Position numbers and translations under genes: made by a program
Notes under the pieces: model-generated
The model's input: only the letters and a program-made list of their open reading frames with translations
What the model was told of the DNA's origin: nothing
The model's database searches: none
Shown here: positions 1-11,154 of the stretch, one piece after another
Position numbering within the stretch: the stretch's first letter is position 1
How the letters are laid out: the number at the start of each line of letters is the position of its first letter
From: Octopus vulgaris
Taxonomy: Eukaryota
DNA: 64,000 nt
Reading direction: 5' to 3'
NCBI GenBank assembly: GCA_951406725.2
Contig: OX597826.1
Location: 17,856,001-17,920,000, forward strand

Positions 1-345
1 TGAGCTTGTATTTCCCTCATGTTCACTGGTATGTAAATAATGTCATTGTCTTGCAGACTACTGCAAAAGGATGTAAACAAAAGGCTCCTTAAACAATATT
101 ACTTCCAGTTTCCTCCATAAATATGCTTGGGATTTTGTTAGACTGTGAGATTATTACCTCTCTTGGAAATCGGTGGGCTTTTAGCAACAGGATGAGTATC
201 TGGGCACAGAAAACCACTGCCTCAATGTTCTCTTGATCCATGCAAGCATGGAAAAGTGTACATTAAAGCAATGATGATGATGCTGAAAATTTTCTAAATC
301 AAAGGCTTAGTCTTGTCTGTAATGATTGAGCAGAAAATACCTTAA

Positions 346-567
346 CCCTTTAGTGTTCACATTATTCTGCCAAAATTAATGCTTTTTTATCCACATTGTT
401 TTGAACTAATCATGCATTATCTTGTAGCTAGGTGATTTTGATGAGGTCGCTGTTAATTTTTAAGATGATATTGTAGGGTTGGTGTGAGAGACCAGATATG
501 GCTAGTTTGAACATAAAACAGGTAGAATATTTTGGGCCGGATATGGCTGGTTTAAATGCTAAAGGGG
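346..567. mobile_element. piggyBac-like non-autonomous MITE (family A)
   Basis: TTAA target on both sides and CCCTTTAG...CTAAAGGG termini. The same internal sequence recurs at about 2545-2756, 22755-22974, 25870-26065 and 42230-42448. Confidence 0.75.
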
Positions 568-1357
568 TTAAAATGTATTTGTTTATTCAGTTGCTTATAG
601 TGCTTTATTTGTGGTCAGATTCTTGTGAAAATTAGTGATAGTGTGGGAGAAAAACTTTTGATGTAAGCTATCATTTGTGTTAAAAATAAGATGCATGTGT
701 GATTGTTCATTAATCTCATAATAATTAAAAATATTCACTAAAAATGATGATGGTGATTAATGCATTTAGTAATAGACATGGAAATACAAACAGCACAAAC
801 AAAATTTGTTTTTTCCTGAGGTTTAGTAGATTATTCATTATTGCACCTAAAGGTAAGCTGTAACTCTTATTGAAAGCAACATACCCAGGTATGCATGGAT
901 TTTATCATTTGTAGGAACAAAGTTGTTGGCTTCTGTTTATTCCACATATATAAATCACTTTTGTTGGGTGATAGTACTGTTGAAAACTCAATGGAAAGTC
1001 TAGAAAAAATATTCTACAAACTGTTTTATTTCTAGATCATCAGCACCTGTAAGGTGTTCAGGTAATATTTCATTGAAGTGCACTTGATATAAAAAAACAA
1101 AAAAATCAAACAAGTGAAGCATGACCATGCATGGGAAAAAAAAAAAATATATTGCTCTTGTCTGTCATTAATTCATTGATTAAACCATTGTCTAAGTTGT
1201 CTCTTGAAAATGATTAGAAGCTATTTTTTGAAAGCAAGTTTTGATTTAAAAAAAAGAAAAATGAAAAAGAACCCTTCCCCCCAATATGGTAAAATTTCAG
1301 TAATACTGAATTGATGTTCATAACTTACATTTGACGGATATTAGTCCTCATCTTGTT

Positions 1358-1404
1358 AACACAATGTTTCGGCTGATATACCCTCCAAGCCTTCATCAGG
1401 TGTC
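1358..1404 (-). ncRNA. minimal type-I hammerhead ribozyme motif in Penelope pLTR
   Basis: GACAC-CUGAUGA-A-GGCU...AGCC-GAAA-CAUU-GUGUU. Core boxes, stem II and stem I (ACAC/GUGU) are present. Stem III is degenerate. Confidence 0.7.
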
Positions 1405-1461
1405 TTGGAGAAATTTCAAACCTGGGTTCTCATTCCTAAGGTATTTTTCGATGTTGTTATT

Positions 1462-1520
1462 GCTGGAATTGAACTTGGAATCTTGGGGTTAGTAGCTCTT
1501 AACCACTACGCCATATGCCC
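1462..1520 (-). promoter_or_regulatory. tRNA-like Pol III promoter (A and B boxes) between the PLE ORF and the hammerhead
   Basis: A box TGGCGTAGTGG (1513-1503) and B box GTTCAATTCC (1474-1465), with tRNA-like CTACTAACCCCAAGATTCC between them. Confidence 0.6.
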
Positions 1521-2544
1521 ATGGGCAATTATGGAGTGAATTTTAGGGCTTATAAATCTAACATTTTCCTGTCCTTCCTTAATACCAATTCCCATATGCT
1601 ACTAGTGTTCTCTATTATTTTAACTTCATCCCACAGGGGAAGTTGGTCTCCATTTTCCCATACATGATCAGCTATACCCGATTTTTCAATATCTCGTTGT
1701 GTCACAGCTTTGCAATGTTCCTCTACCCTTCTTTTGAGGGGGTGGCATGTTTCGCCTTTGTATAACCTACCACAACTGCATGGGATGGAGTATACGCAGT
1801 GTTTGATCATGTTCTCTTCTATTGGTGGTTTTACTTGAAGGCGATATTTGCGAAGAGTTGTATTACTCTTGAACACTGTCCTGATGTCCTATGGGCCACG
1901 TATCTTTTATATCTTTCCAGAGAGGCCTTTCACATAGAGTAGGCAGACTATGGACAGTTTATTGGTTTCATCCCCTCTTTTCTTCATAATTGGAGTGGAG
2001 AGTATGTTTATTGGGGTAGTTGTTGCTTAACAGATTGTTATTGAGCTTAATCATTTCTTCGTGGTGGGTATCACGATCGCTACAAATATTCTTTGCACGA
2101 TGTTTTAGGCACTGAGCAATCCCTCTCTTTACACTCTATCGATGGTGGGAATTGAAGTTTAGGTATCTTCCAGTGAAGGTTGGCTTGCAGGAATGCCAGC
2201 TGATTGTCTTATTCCTTTTCCATTGTGAACTGTATGGATGGTTTTATTGAGTTCACATGATTTAACAGCACTTGGACATCTTCCTGGTGGGGTATCATAG
2301 CCATAGGGTTGGTTTTAGTGGTGTTGATCCTAAAGCCAAATTCTCAAAGTATTCCATATAAATCCTTACTACTTTCGATGGTACTCCTGTTTCATTATAT
2401 CTTCTTTTGCCCTATTGTATCCAATCTCCATTCACTCATATCTAGGAGCATTATAAAACACAATTGCATTGGCTTCTTGTATGCATCAGTGGGAATGCAA
2501 TAAGTGAAGGGAATGAAAAATGAGAATGTGTGGCTGTGAAGGAA

Positions 2545-2756
2545 CTTTTAGCATTTATATTACTCTATTAAATGTAATGCTTATTCATTCACAGTTTTGA
2601 ATTGATCTTACATTATCTTGTAACTTCGAGATTTTGGTGATTGATTATTTAGTCTTAGAATGACATTGTAGGGTAGGTGTGAGAGGCCAGATTCCGTCAG
2701 TTTGGATATAAAACAGGATATTTGTGCCAGATATGGTTGGTGTAAATGCAAAAGGG
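2545..2756. mobile_element. piggyBac-like MITE family A copy
   Basis: Similar to 346-567; ends AAAGGG-TTAA. Confidence 0.65.
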
Positions 2757-3039
2757 TTAAGGAAACTCACTAATCATGTCGTCCCCTTTAATAATCCAAT
2801 TCTCAACTTACTTTCATTATACCTATACTTGAGTTATCCCCCTTACTCCGTATTTATCACACCAACACAAGTTTTCTGTTATTCAATCAGATCATTTTTC
2901 TGTCCATCTTATTTGTTGTTTGCCCCCAGTTAAAATGGTTAGTAGTTCAAATGTTAACTAATTTTGGTTCTGGCTAACCAAATTGAATATGCTCTGTGTC
3001 CAATACTGAGTGCTTTTTGTTTGTTCATGAGCCAACATT

Positions 3040-4745
3040 ATTATTTAACGTCTGCTTTCAATGCTAAGCATGGGAAGGCTGCAGCAGGCGCCAATCCGAT
3101 CTGGCAAAGTTTCTACAGCTGGATGCCCGTCCTAAAGCCAACCACTCTGAGAGTGTAGTGGGTGCTTTTTACATGCCACAAGCATGAGGGCTAGTCAGGT
3201 GGTACTGGCATTGACCACACTTGAATGATGCTTTTTACGTGCCACTGGCACGGGAGCCAGTCAGGCGGCACTGGCAGTGACCACACTCAAATGGTGCTTT
3301 TTATGTGCCACAAGCATGGGGCCAGTCAGACAGCATTGGCATCGACCACACTCGAATGGTGCTTTTTACATGCCTCCAGCATGGGTGCCAATCAGGCAGT
3401 ACTGTCATCGGCCACAACGATTTCACTTGCCTCAACAGGTCTTTGCAAGTGCAGTTTATTGCCCAATAATTGAAGGGTGCTCTTAAATGGGCTGGTTATG
3501 CTGCACTGGCATAGGCCACGGTTACAGTCTCACTTAGCTTGCCAGGTCTTCTCAAGCACAGCTTATTTCCAAAGGTCTCAGTCACTTGTCTTTGCCTCAG
3601 TGAGGCCCACCGTTTGAAGGTCATGCTTCATCACTTCATCCCAGGTCTTCCTGGGTCTACCTCTTTCACAGGTTCTCTCTACTGCTAGGGTGTGACACTT
3701 TTTCACACAGCGTCCTCATCCATACACAACACATGACCATACCAGCACAGTCATCTCTCTTGCACACCACATCTGATGCTTATGTCCAACTTTTCTCTCA
3801 GGGTGCTTACACTCTATTGTGTATGCACACTGACATTACACATCCAGTGGAGCATACTAGCTTCATTCCTTGCAAGCTTACGCATGTCCTCAGCAGTCAC
3901 AGCCCATGTTTCACTGCCATGTAGCATGGCTGTTCGCTCACAAGCGTCATACAGTCTACCTTTTACTCTGAGTGAGAGGCCATTTGTCATCAGCAGGGGT
4001 AGGGGCTCTCTGAACTTTGCCCAGGTTATTCTTATTCTTTGCAGCTACACTCTCAGAGTATCCATCCCTGCTACTGACTTGGTCACCTAGGTAATGGAAG
4101 CTATCAACTACTTCTAGTTTTCCCCCCTCGAATGTGACGGAAGCTGTTTTCTGCACATTTTCACTATTTATTGCCCCTGAGCATCTGCCACACACAAAAA
4201 CTATCTTCCCAGGTAGCCTTCCTTTGATATTGCTGTACATCTTATGTGACCATAGCTTACACCAGGTTCATCTTATGGAGTTTCTACCTATGCCTTTTCT
4301 ACAGATTGAGCAGGGCCATCTACCTGAAGAGATTTGTGGTTTGTCTGCCTTCCTTCCTTATTAAGACTTTGGTTTTTGCTAAATTGACTCTAAGGCCCTT
4401 TGATTGTAATCCTTGCTTACACACCTGAAACGTCTCTAGTTCTGATAGTGATTCAGCTATTAGAGCAAGGTCATCAGCATAGAGAAGCTCCCAGAGGCAT
4501 CCTGTCTTGAATTCCTGTTATTACCTGGAGGATTATGATAAATAGGAGGGGGCTGAGGATTGATCCTTGGTGGACCCCTACCCCTACACAGAATTCTTCA
4601 CTGTACTCGTCAACCCTCACCTTACTGACAGTATCCCTGTACATGGCTTGTACAACTCTTACTAACCCCTCATCTATCCCTAGTTTCTGCATTGACCACC
4701 AGATAAGGGATTGGGGGACCCTGTCAAAGGCTTTCTCCAAGTCAA
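3040..4745 (-). mobile_element. RTE-clade LINE, 5'-truncated and decayed
   Basis: RT motifs DLEKAFDRVP, GVHQGSILSPLLF, LYADDL and VVDSFHYLG, plus a 3' UTR shared with the other RTE copies. Lies antisense in an NDUFA9 intron. Confidence 0.9.
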
Positions 4746-4863
4746 AGGTATATATTTAAATATTTATATTATTATGTAACACTGTTTACATGTTCTTTTA
4801 TACCATATTTCAGTATAAGAACTCTTGTTTATTTATTCAACACTCTTCTGAATTTTATTACAG

Positions 4864-4930
4864 AGCCAAAGTTTGGGTTTTCTCTTACATGCCCAGTTAC
4901 CCTCTTTTGAACTTTGAGAAGCTTGAGCGG
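4864..4930 (+). CDS. NDUFA9: NADH:ubiquinone oxidoreductase subunit A9 (39 kDa), penultimate coding exon
   Basis: Bounded by ttacAG| and |GTaag. Encodes (R)AKVWVFSYMPSYPLLNFEKLER and joins in phase 0 to the next exon, giving EKLER-EHITD. This matches the NDUFA9 'DKVER(M/E)H(I/V)TD' region. Confidence 0.85.
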
Positions 4931-5291
4931 GTAAGTTTGATATTTTCTTATTCAATTCCATCATTCTGGTGTTAGGCCTTTGTAGTCATCAAAACAGTTT
5001 CAAAGTAACTTCACTCGAATGAATACAGTTTAAATACAGTCCTAAAATAATTACATCATACAATCTACCTTTCATTCTTTACTAACAGATGTAGTAGTTC
5101 TCTGAACTTTGCCCAGCCTATTTTTATTCTAGTGATGTGAACTTATAATTCTTATGATAAGATGTTAATATTGTTTCATTAACTGTTGTTATGACTAGAT
5201 GTCTTTCATAAAAGAATGTTATATATTATATTGTTATGACAGTAGTTTTTGACTAAAAGCAAAATACTGAAAATATTGGTGTATTTTTTAG

Positions 5292-5465
5292 GAGCACATC
5301 ACAGATGTCATTACAGGCTGCCCCACATTAGAGGACCTTGGGGTGAAACTGACTCATATTGAAGAGCGAGCAGTGTTTGAACTGAAGCCTTTCCGAATGT
5401 ATTCTTACTACTATGACCAGATTGGTGAATTTAGTGAACCTCAGCCACCACCAATTGTAGCATAA
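5292..5465 (+). CDS. NDUFA9: NDUFA9 terminal coding exon
   Basis: tttttAG| acceptor. Encodes EHITDVITGCPTLEDLGVKLTHIEERAVFELKPFRMYSYYYDQIGEFSEPQPPPIVA*. The PTLEDLG..LT..E....EL.PFR...YY....GEF..P.PP pattern is the invertebrate NDUFA9 C-terminus. Confidence 0.92.
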   Translation, partial: EHITDVITGCPTLEDLGVKLTHIEERAVFELKPFRMYSYYYDQIGEFSEPQPPPIVA

Positions 5466-5532
5466 GGCAGCACAGTGCTAGCTTATATTCAGTTTGTGGA
5501 AAATTAGATAATTGGAAATTTCTTTATCTGTA

Positions 5533-5538
5533 AATAAA
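5533..5538 (+). terminator. polyadenylation signal of NDUFA9
   Basis: AATAAA about 68 nt after the stop codon, followed by T-rich sequence. Confidence 0.6.
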
Positions 5539-5750
5539 AAGGAAAATAACATTCTTTCGTAAGTTATTTCATTTTACAAATCTATTCTGTGCTGTTGTTG
5601 TTATTATTTAGCTCAGGTCAGCTTTGATCAGAGATTTATTCATTCAATACTGCACAGCTCTGACTTGCAAAAACATAAAAAGAGGATATTACTATAAGTC
5701 TCTTGTTGGCTCTCTACACAGTTGGCAACCAGTGAGTGATTAGATGCACT

Positions 5751-6208
5751 TGTAAAGGGAACTGGTTGCTTCTTTACACTTTTGGGGTGCAACTTGGGTG
5801 CAACACAATTTCCTTTCTTTTTGTTTCTAGAAACTACCAGTCGGTAACAAAAAGCAACTTTAAAAATATATACGATTCTTTGTTCTCTTATTCACAAATG
5901 AAGCACGATGGTAAACTGGTATCCACCTAGTTCAACACAGCAATTCAGCAGCAACAGAACAGGTCAAATCCTAAGCGTCTGGGACAGGAGAATAGGCTGA
6001 TCACATGTTTAAAAATACGTCCTTTCTCTACAATAGCCGTGTCTCAAGTCAACGACGCTATTAAGGAACGCGATAGAATTTCTTCCCCAGTCTCTAGCGC
6101 ATGTGCATGAGGGAACTTTCTTATGCCTTTCCAGAAGGTTCCAACCCCGCACACGCACACTGAAGAATGACGTTGCGTGTGCGCACACTGGAATATGATG
6201 TCACTACA
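5751..6208. mobile_element. solo LTR (probably Ty3/gypsy)
   Basis: 458 bp, begins TGTA and ends TACA. Flanked by an exact 4-bp TSD CACT (5747-5750 and 6209-6212). More CpG-rich than its flanks. Confidence 0.75.
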
Positions 6209-6598
6209 CACTTAATGAGCTGGATATTAAAGAATACTTGATTAACACAGGAGAACAATTCTGAACATAATTTCTGTTGAGTTTGCTTTTTCACTTGATT
6301 TAGACTAAAATTGACTGATTTGCTGGTTTCAAAACTACAGTCCGTTTTCTTCTATCAGGTCAAGTTTTTTGTTTCTGCAGCTTACTCGCTGAAGCACAAT
6401 TGTCTTGTTTGTCCATAGGTAATAGGGCTGGTACCACCAGTATGTAAAAAGCAGCCGGCACACTCTGTAAAGTGTTGGCATTAAGAAGAGCATCCAGCTG
6501 TTGAAATCCTGCCACAGCAGACAATTGGAGTCTGGACAGCTCCTGTCAAACTGTCCAACCCATGATAGCATGGAAAACAGACATTAAATGATGACGAA

Positions 6599-8025
6599 CA
6601 CTGGGGAACGTTTTGAAAACATTTTTAGTTGTGTTGCCTTTTTAAGATTAGTTCTACCTTATCAGGTGGTGCTGGTTTCAGAAATACCATCAGAAAGTTT
6701 CTATCACATCAAGTTTTTTGATAAACAAGAATTCATTTTTTACCAAAAAAATGTCAATTTTGCCACTAAATGCAAAACTGAAATTAAGAAACTAACAGAA
6801 ACCAAATAGTTCTTTTTATTGTTTAACATATATATTACACAAAATGTTTAGGAAATACAAAACCAATCCCAATGTCTTCTGCTATATTTGTGCAGCAAAA
6901 CAAAGTTACAAATTTTATGAAGAAAACTTATCTTTCTTACTTTGGCATAAAATTGGTTGACCAAGACAAAGCTTAGACACTCCATATATTGCACTTTTTC
7001 CTCACCAGGCAAAGCTAGAAATTTTCTGCTGAAGCATTTCAGACACTCACCATTCCAGTATTTCAACACATTAAAATGTGTTGAAACACTGGAATGGTGA
7101 GTGTCTGAAATGTTTAAGCAGAAAATTTCTAGCTTTGCCTGGTGAGGAAAAAGTGATGAGCAAAGAGAAAGATTTCACTAAGACATTGAAATCCTTGAGA
7201 TTAAGCATCAAGTTGGGTGGAATACAAACATGATGGCTGACTACTGGTGGACATTGGGGTTGTTTTTGTATTTTCTTCTCTTGCAACTGGACATATTTTT
7301 GAAATACAAGACATACCACGGGAAAAGTATTTTCAGAATTGTCAACAGTATTAAAGTAAGCAAATGTAGATTTGTGATGGCAAAGAGCATACATGCGATG
7401 AAGTTCTTTGACAATGCTTGACAAGAAGTAACCTTGACCTATGTGACCTCACATTAAGAGTGTATTCAAAATACTGATTCTCATACGAAATGGTTAAGGT
7501 TCAACAAAACATGTCTCACCCAGTAGTCACACTACATCAAGCACAGTGTGGGCATATCTGCAGACAGATGTCACAAATATGAGACATGATGCCAAGGACT
7601 ACAGAAATGTATTGTTTATTAACATCTAATCATATAAAGAACATTTCTGTAATGGTCATGGCATTTAAAACTGGTTAGATTGAAAATAGTGAAAGTTGCT
7701 TGAGTTTTATTTGCCTTTTATTTACTGAAGATACTTAAATCATGACTTTTGTTTTCACTTTTGTAGTTGCATTTGCTTTAAGTGATACTGAAAAGGTATG
7801 TTTTCAAAGTTATATTAAGATCCATACACGGGTCAGCATCTAATGAAACCAAATCTGTCCTTAGAAATGGTGACAATACTAGAAATGTTGGAAAATGGAC
7901 TTTTGAGTTTGTAAAAAATCTTCATGTGATAGAGCAAATTGGATTTCATTTTTGAAATCAGCACCTCAAAATTTAGTAGGAAACATGTCTCCAACACCGG
8001 ACAACAGAAACCTCGTTCCCCAGTG
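6599..8025 (+). mobile_element. Chapaev3 (CMC) internally deleted DNA transposon
   Basis: Perfect 12-bp TIR CACTGGGGAACG...CGTTCCCCAGTG. Internal remnant SDEQRERFH*DIEILEIKHQVGWNTNMMADYWWTL (about 7152-7256) is the Chapaev3 catalytic-E region. Confidence 0.8.
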
Positions 8026-8153
8026 TAATTAGCCATTAAAGGGCAGTTAATTCACAAGAAACGGTCATCTTTTGAAACCACGACTGAAAGAGAAAGGAAG
8101 CATCACACCATTCCATTTTCACAAAATTAAATCTGGATATAATTTTTTTTGGT

Positions 8154-8159
8154 TTTATT
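8154..8159 (-). terminator. polyadenylation signal of DNAI7
   Basis: AATAAA on the - strand about 52 nt after the DNAI7 stop. Confidence 0.5.
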
Positions 8160-8210
8160 GCATCTATAATATTGATCTGTTTAATATTTCAAATCATTAG
8201 CTGGTCAATG

Positions 8211-8348
8211 TTATGAATATGTTAACACTCTTGCTGCAGTAAGCATATGTTCCACACAGTCCCTAAACTCTGGTGATGTTTTCTTCAAACGTTCAACAGC
8301 TTCCTCTGATCCACTTCCCTTGACCATGTGGTAAAAATTGGAGAAATA
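8211..8348 (-). CDS. DNAI7: dynein axonemal intermediate chain 7 (CASC1), terminal exon
   Basis: ttcttAG| acceptor. Encodes YFSNFYHMVKGSGSEEAVERLKKTSPEFRDCVEHMLTAARVLTYS*, matching the CASC1 C-terminus (LYHMVK..SEEA.E.....F...V.HML...R.L.YS). Confidence 0.9.
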   Translation of the reverse strand, partial: YFSNFYHMVKGSGSEEAVERLKKTSPEFRDCVEHMLTAARVLTYS

Positions 8349-9401
8349 CTAAGAATAGAGAAAATAGAAAATAATTTAGAAATTTAGACTTTTCCCAACA
8401 TTGAATAAAAGAAAACAATAAAATTAGTGAACGTTAATTGGGGTGAGAAAAATTTATAAGAAGAATACAAAAAATACTTGTCACGACCGGTCATTCTCAA
8501 TTAGTAACCAACCTTAATTTGAAATAAAATTATCTTTCCACAGATCCAAGTTTTCTACATTTGGCTATTTTGATCATGAAAAGTCTTTTTTTTTTCTTTG
8601 TAAACTGGTTCATTTCAACTTCTGAGGTTAGCAGAAATACAATTATCTTTTGTTTTTTACTTGTTTCAGTCTTTGGACTCCAACCATGTTGGGGCAACTT
8701 CTCAGAGGGTTTTAGTCAAATGAATCAAAGTTACAGAAACATAAACAAACCAACACTGGTTGTCAACCCTCACACACAACAGGCGTCTTTCAGTTTCTGT
8801 CCACTAAATCCACTCACAAAGCTTTGGTCACCTCAGGACTTTGCAGGAGAAACTTGCCCAAGGTACCATGAAGTGGGACTGAAACTGGAACCATGTGGTT
8901 GGGAAGCAGACTTTTTACCAATATCAATATTTTCATGCAGTTTTACGGAGCGTGTACAAATTATCATTCAACATTTTTGGTTTTTTTTAGAAAAACAAAG
9001 AATAGAAAACTCTTGTTAGCTTTTTGATGCTCCATGCATGAAATATTTTAACTTTAACTTTATGTAGAGTAGTTATACTTAACAATGAAGTACAAACTAT
9101 TAACAAACCATAAGATAAAGCTATTACACCAATAGGACAGGATTTAAAATTTATTTCTACTCAGCCCTATCTTTCTGGTGATTATATCAAAAGTTGCTTT
9201 CATTGCCACTGTTTTATATATTCACCCAAACATACTTTTTACATGTTACTTATTTCTTTTTAATGGATCTGATGATTTTCTTATTCAGCTGAAATTGCTA
9301 ATTGGTTTCGATCATTGGTCAGAGCTATTTTGCTTCTGTATCTAACTCCATAAAGAAAGCATACAAATTGCAGTTTTGCAGTTAATAATAATAATAATAA
9401 C

Positions 9402-10830
9402 CATCATCATCATCGTTTAAGGTCTGCTTTCCATGCTAGCATGGATTGGACGATTTTGACTGAGGGCTGGCAAACCAGATGGCTGCACCAGGCTTCAATC
9501 TTGATCTGGCAGTGTTTCTACAGCTGGATGCCCTTCCTAATGCCAACCACTCTGAGAGTGTAGTGGGTGCTTTTATGTGCCACCAGCACGGGGCCGGTCA
9601 GGCGGTACTGGCAACGACCTTGCTCGAATCTTTTACACATGCCACCGGCACAGGTGCCAGGAAGGCGATGCTGGTAAAGATCACACTCGAATGGTGCCTT
9701 TTATGTGCCACTAGCCGCTCTGTCAACGATCACACTCGTATGGTGCTCTTTGTACCCCGCTAGCACGAATGCCAGTCATCGAATTTGATTTTGATTTCAC
9801 TTGCCTCAACAGGTCTTCGCAAGCAGAGTTTTAGTGTTCCAAGAAGGTAAAGGTACGTATAAGTGGGCTGGTTACGCCCCTGGCATAGGCCACAAAGTTA
9901 TGGTCTCATTTGGCTTGCCGGGTCTTCTCAAGCACAGCATATTTCCAAAAGTCTCGGTCACTAGTCATTTCCTTGGTGAAGCCTAAAGTTCAAAGGTCGT
10001 GCTTCACCACTTCATCCCAGGTCTTCCTGGGTCTACCTCTTCCACAGGTTCCCTCAATTGCTAGGGTGTGGCACTTTTTCACACAGCTATCCTCATCCAT
10101 ACGCAACACGACCATACCAGCGCAGTCATCTCTCTTGCACACCACATCTGATGCTTCTTAGGTCCAACTTTTCTCTCAAGGCACTTACACTCTGTCGAGT
10201 ATGCACACTGACATTATACATCCATCGGATCATGCTGGCTTCATTCCTTGTGAGCTTACGCATGTCCTCAGCAGTCACAGCCCATGTTTCACTGCAATGT
10301 AGCATGGCTGTTCACACACATGCATCATACAGTCTACCTTTTACTCTGAGTGAGAGGCTATTTGTCACCAGCAGAGGTAAGAGGTCTCTGAACTTTGCCC
10401 AGGCTATTCTTATTCTAGCAGCTACACTTTCAGCACACCCACCCCAACTACTGACTTGGTCACCTAGGTAACGGAAGCTATCAACTACTTCTAGTTTTTC
10501 TCCCTGGAATGTGGGGGAAGTTGTTCTCTGCTCATTTTCAGTGTTTATTGCACCCGAGCATCCGCCACATACAAAAACTATCTTCCCAGTTAGCCTTCCT
10601 TTGATATTGCTGTACCTCCTATGTGTCCATAGCTTACACTGGGTACATCTTATAAGAGTTTCTACCAACGCCTTTTCTACAGATCAAACAGGGCCAACTA
10701 CCTGAAGGGATTTGTGGTTTGCCTGCCTTACTACTTATTAGGACTTTGGTTTTGGTTAGGTTGACTCTATGGCCCTTCGATTCTAATCCTTGTTTCCACA
10801 CTTGAAACTTCTCCTCTAGTTCTGATCGAT
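9402..10830 (-). mobile_element. RTE-clade LINE, 5'-truncated
   Basis: RT C-terminal half (VNLTKTKVL...VVDSFRYLGDQ...RIRIAWAKFRDLLPLL), 3' UTR and (ATG)n tail. Confidence 0.9.
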
Positions 10831-11154
10831 ACATTTTAATAGTTGTCCAAAATTAGACTTGTCAGGATCAATTTAAGCTGTGTGTTCTGACATGACTGGA
10901 TCTATTTAAAGAGACCTTTTGCTTTTTTTTACCTTGTTTCAGTCATTAGACTGCTTCCATGCTGGAGCACCACCTCAAAGAATTTTTAGTCAAATGAATC
11001 AACCTCAGTACATTCTTGTTTTAAACCTGGTATTAATTCTATCAGTCTTTTGCCAAACAGCTGTTACAGGGATGTAAACATACCAACACTGGTTGTCAAG
11101 TGGTGGAAGACGGATAAATGCTGGCACAAGGACACACACACACACACACACACA

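Larger units (their letters stand above)
1325..2310 (-). mobile_element. Penelope-like element 3' portion (decayed RT C-terminus, GIY-YIG endonuclease and pLTR)
   Basis: ORF 1550-1876 reads CVYSIPCSCGRLYKGET...LKRRVEEH...KSGIADHVW (GIY-YIG). Upstream frames read LLNHVNSIKPSIQFTMEKE and KPTFTGRYLNFNSHH, as in the PLE RT thumb. Frameshifted. Confidence 0.88.

Noticed and set aside
1462-1520. functional tRNA gene
   Set aside because: The anticodon stem lacks its 5' strand and the acceptor stem cannot close. Kept only as a tRNA-derived promoter-like element.
3160-3420. CRISPR-like regularly spaced repeats
   Set aside because: The whole unit repeats (no unique spacers), it lies within an RTE 3' UTR in a eukaryotic context, and there are no cas genes.
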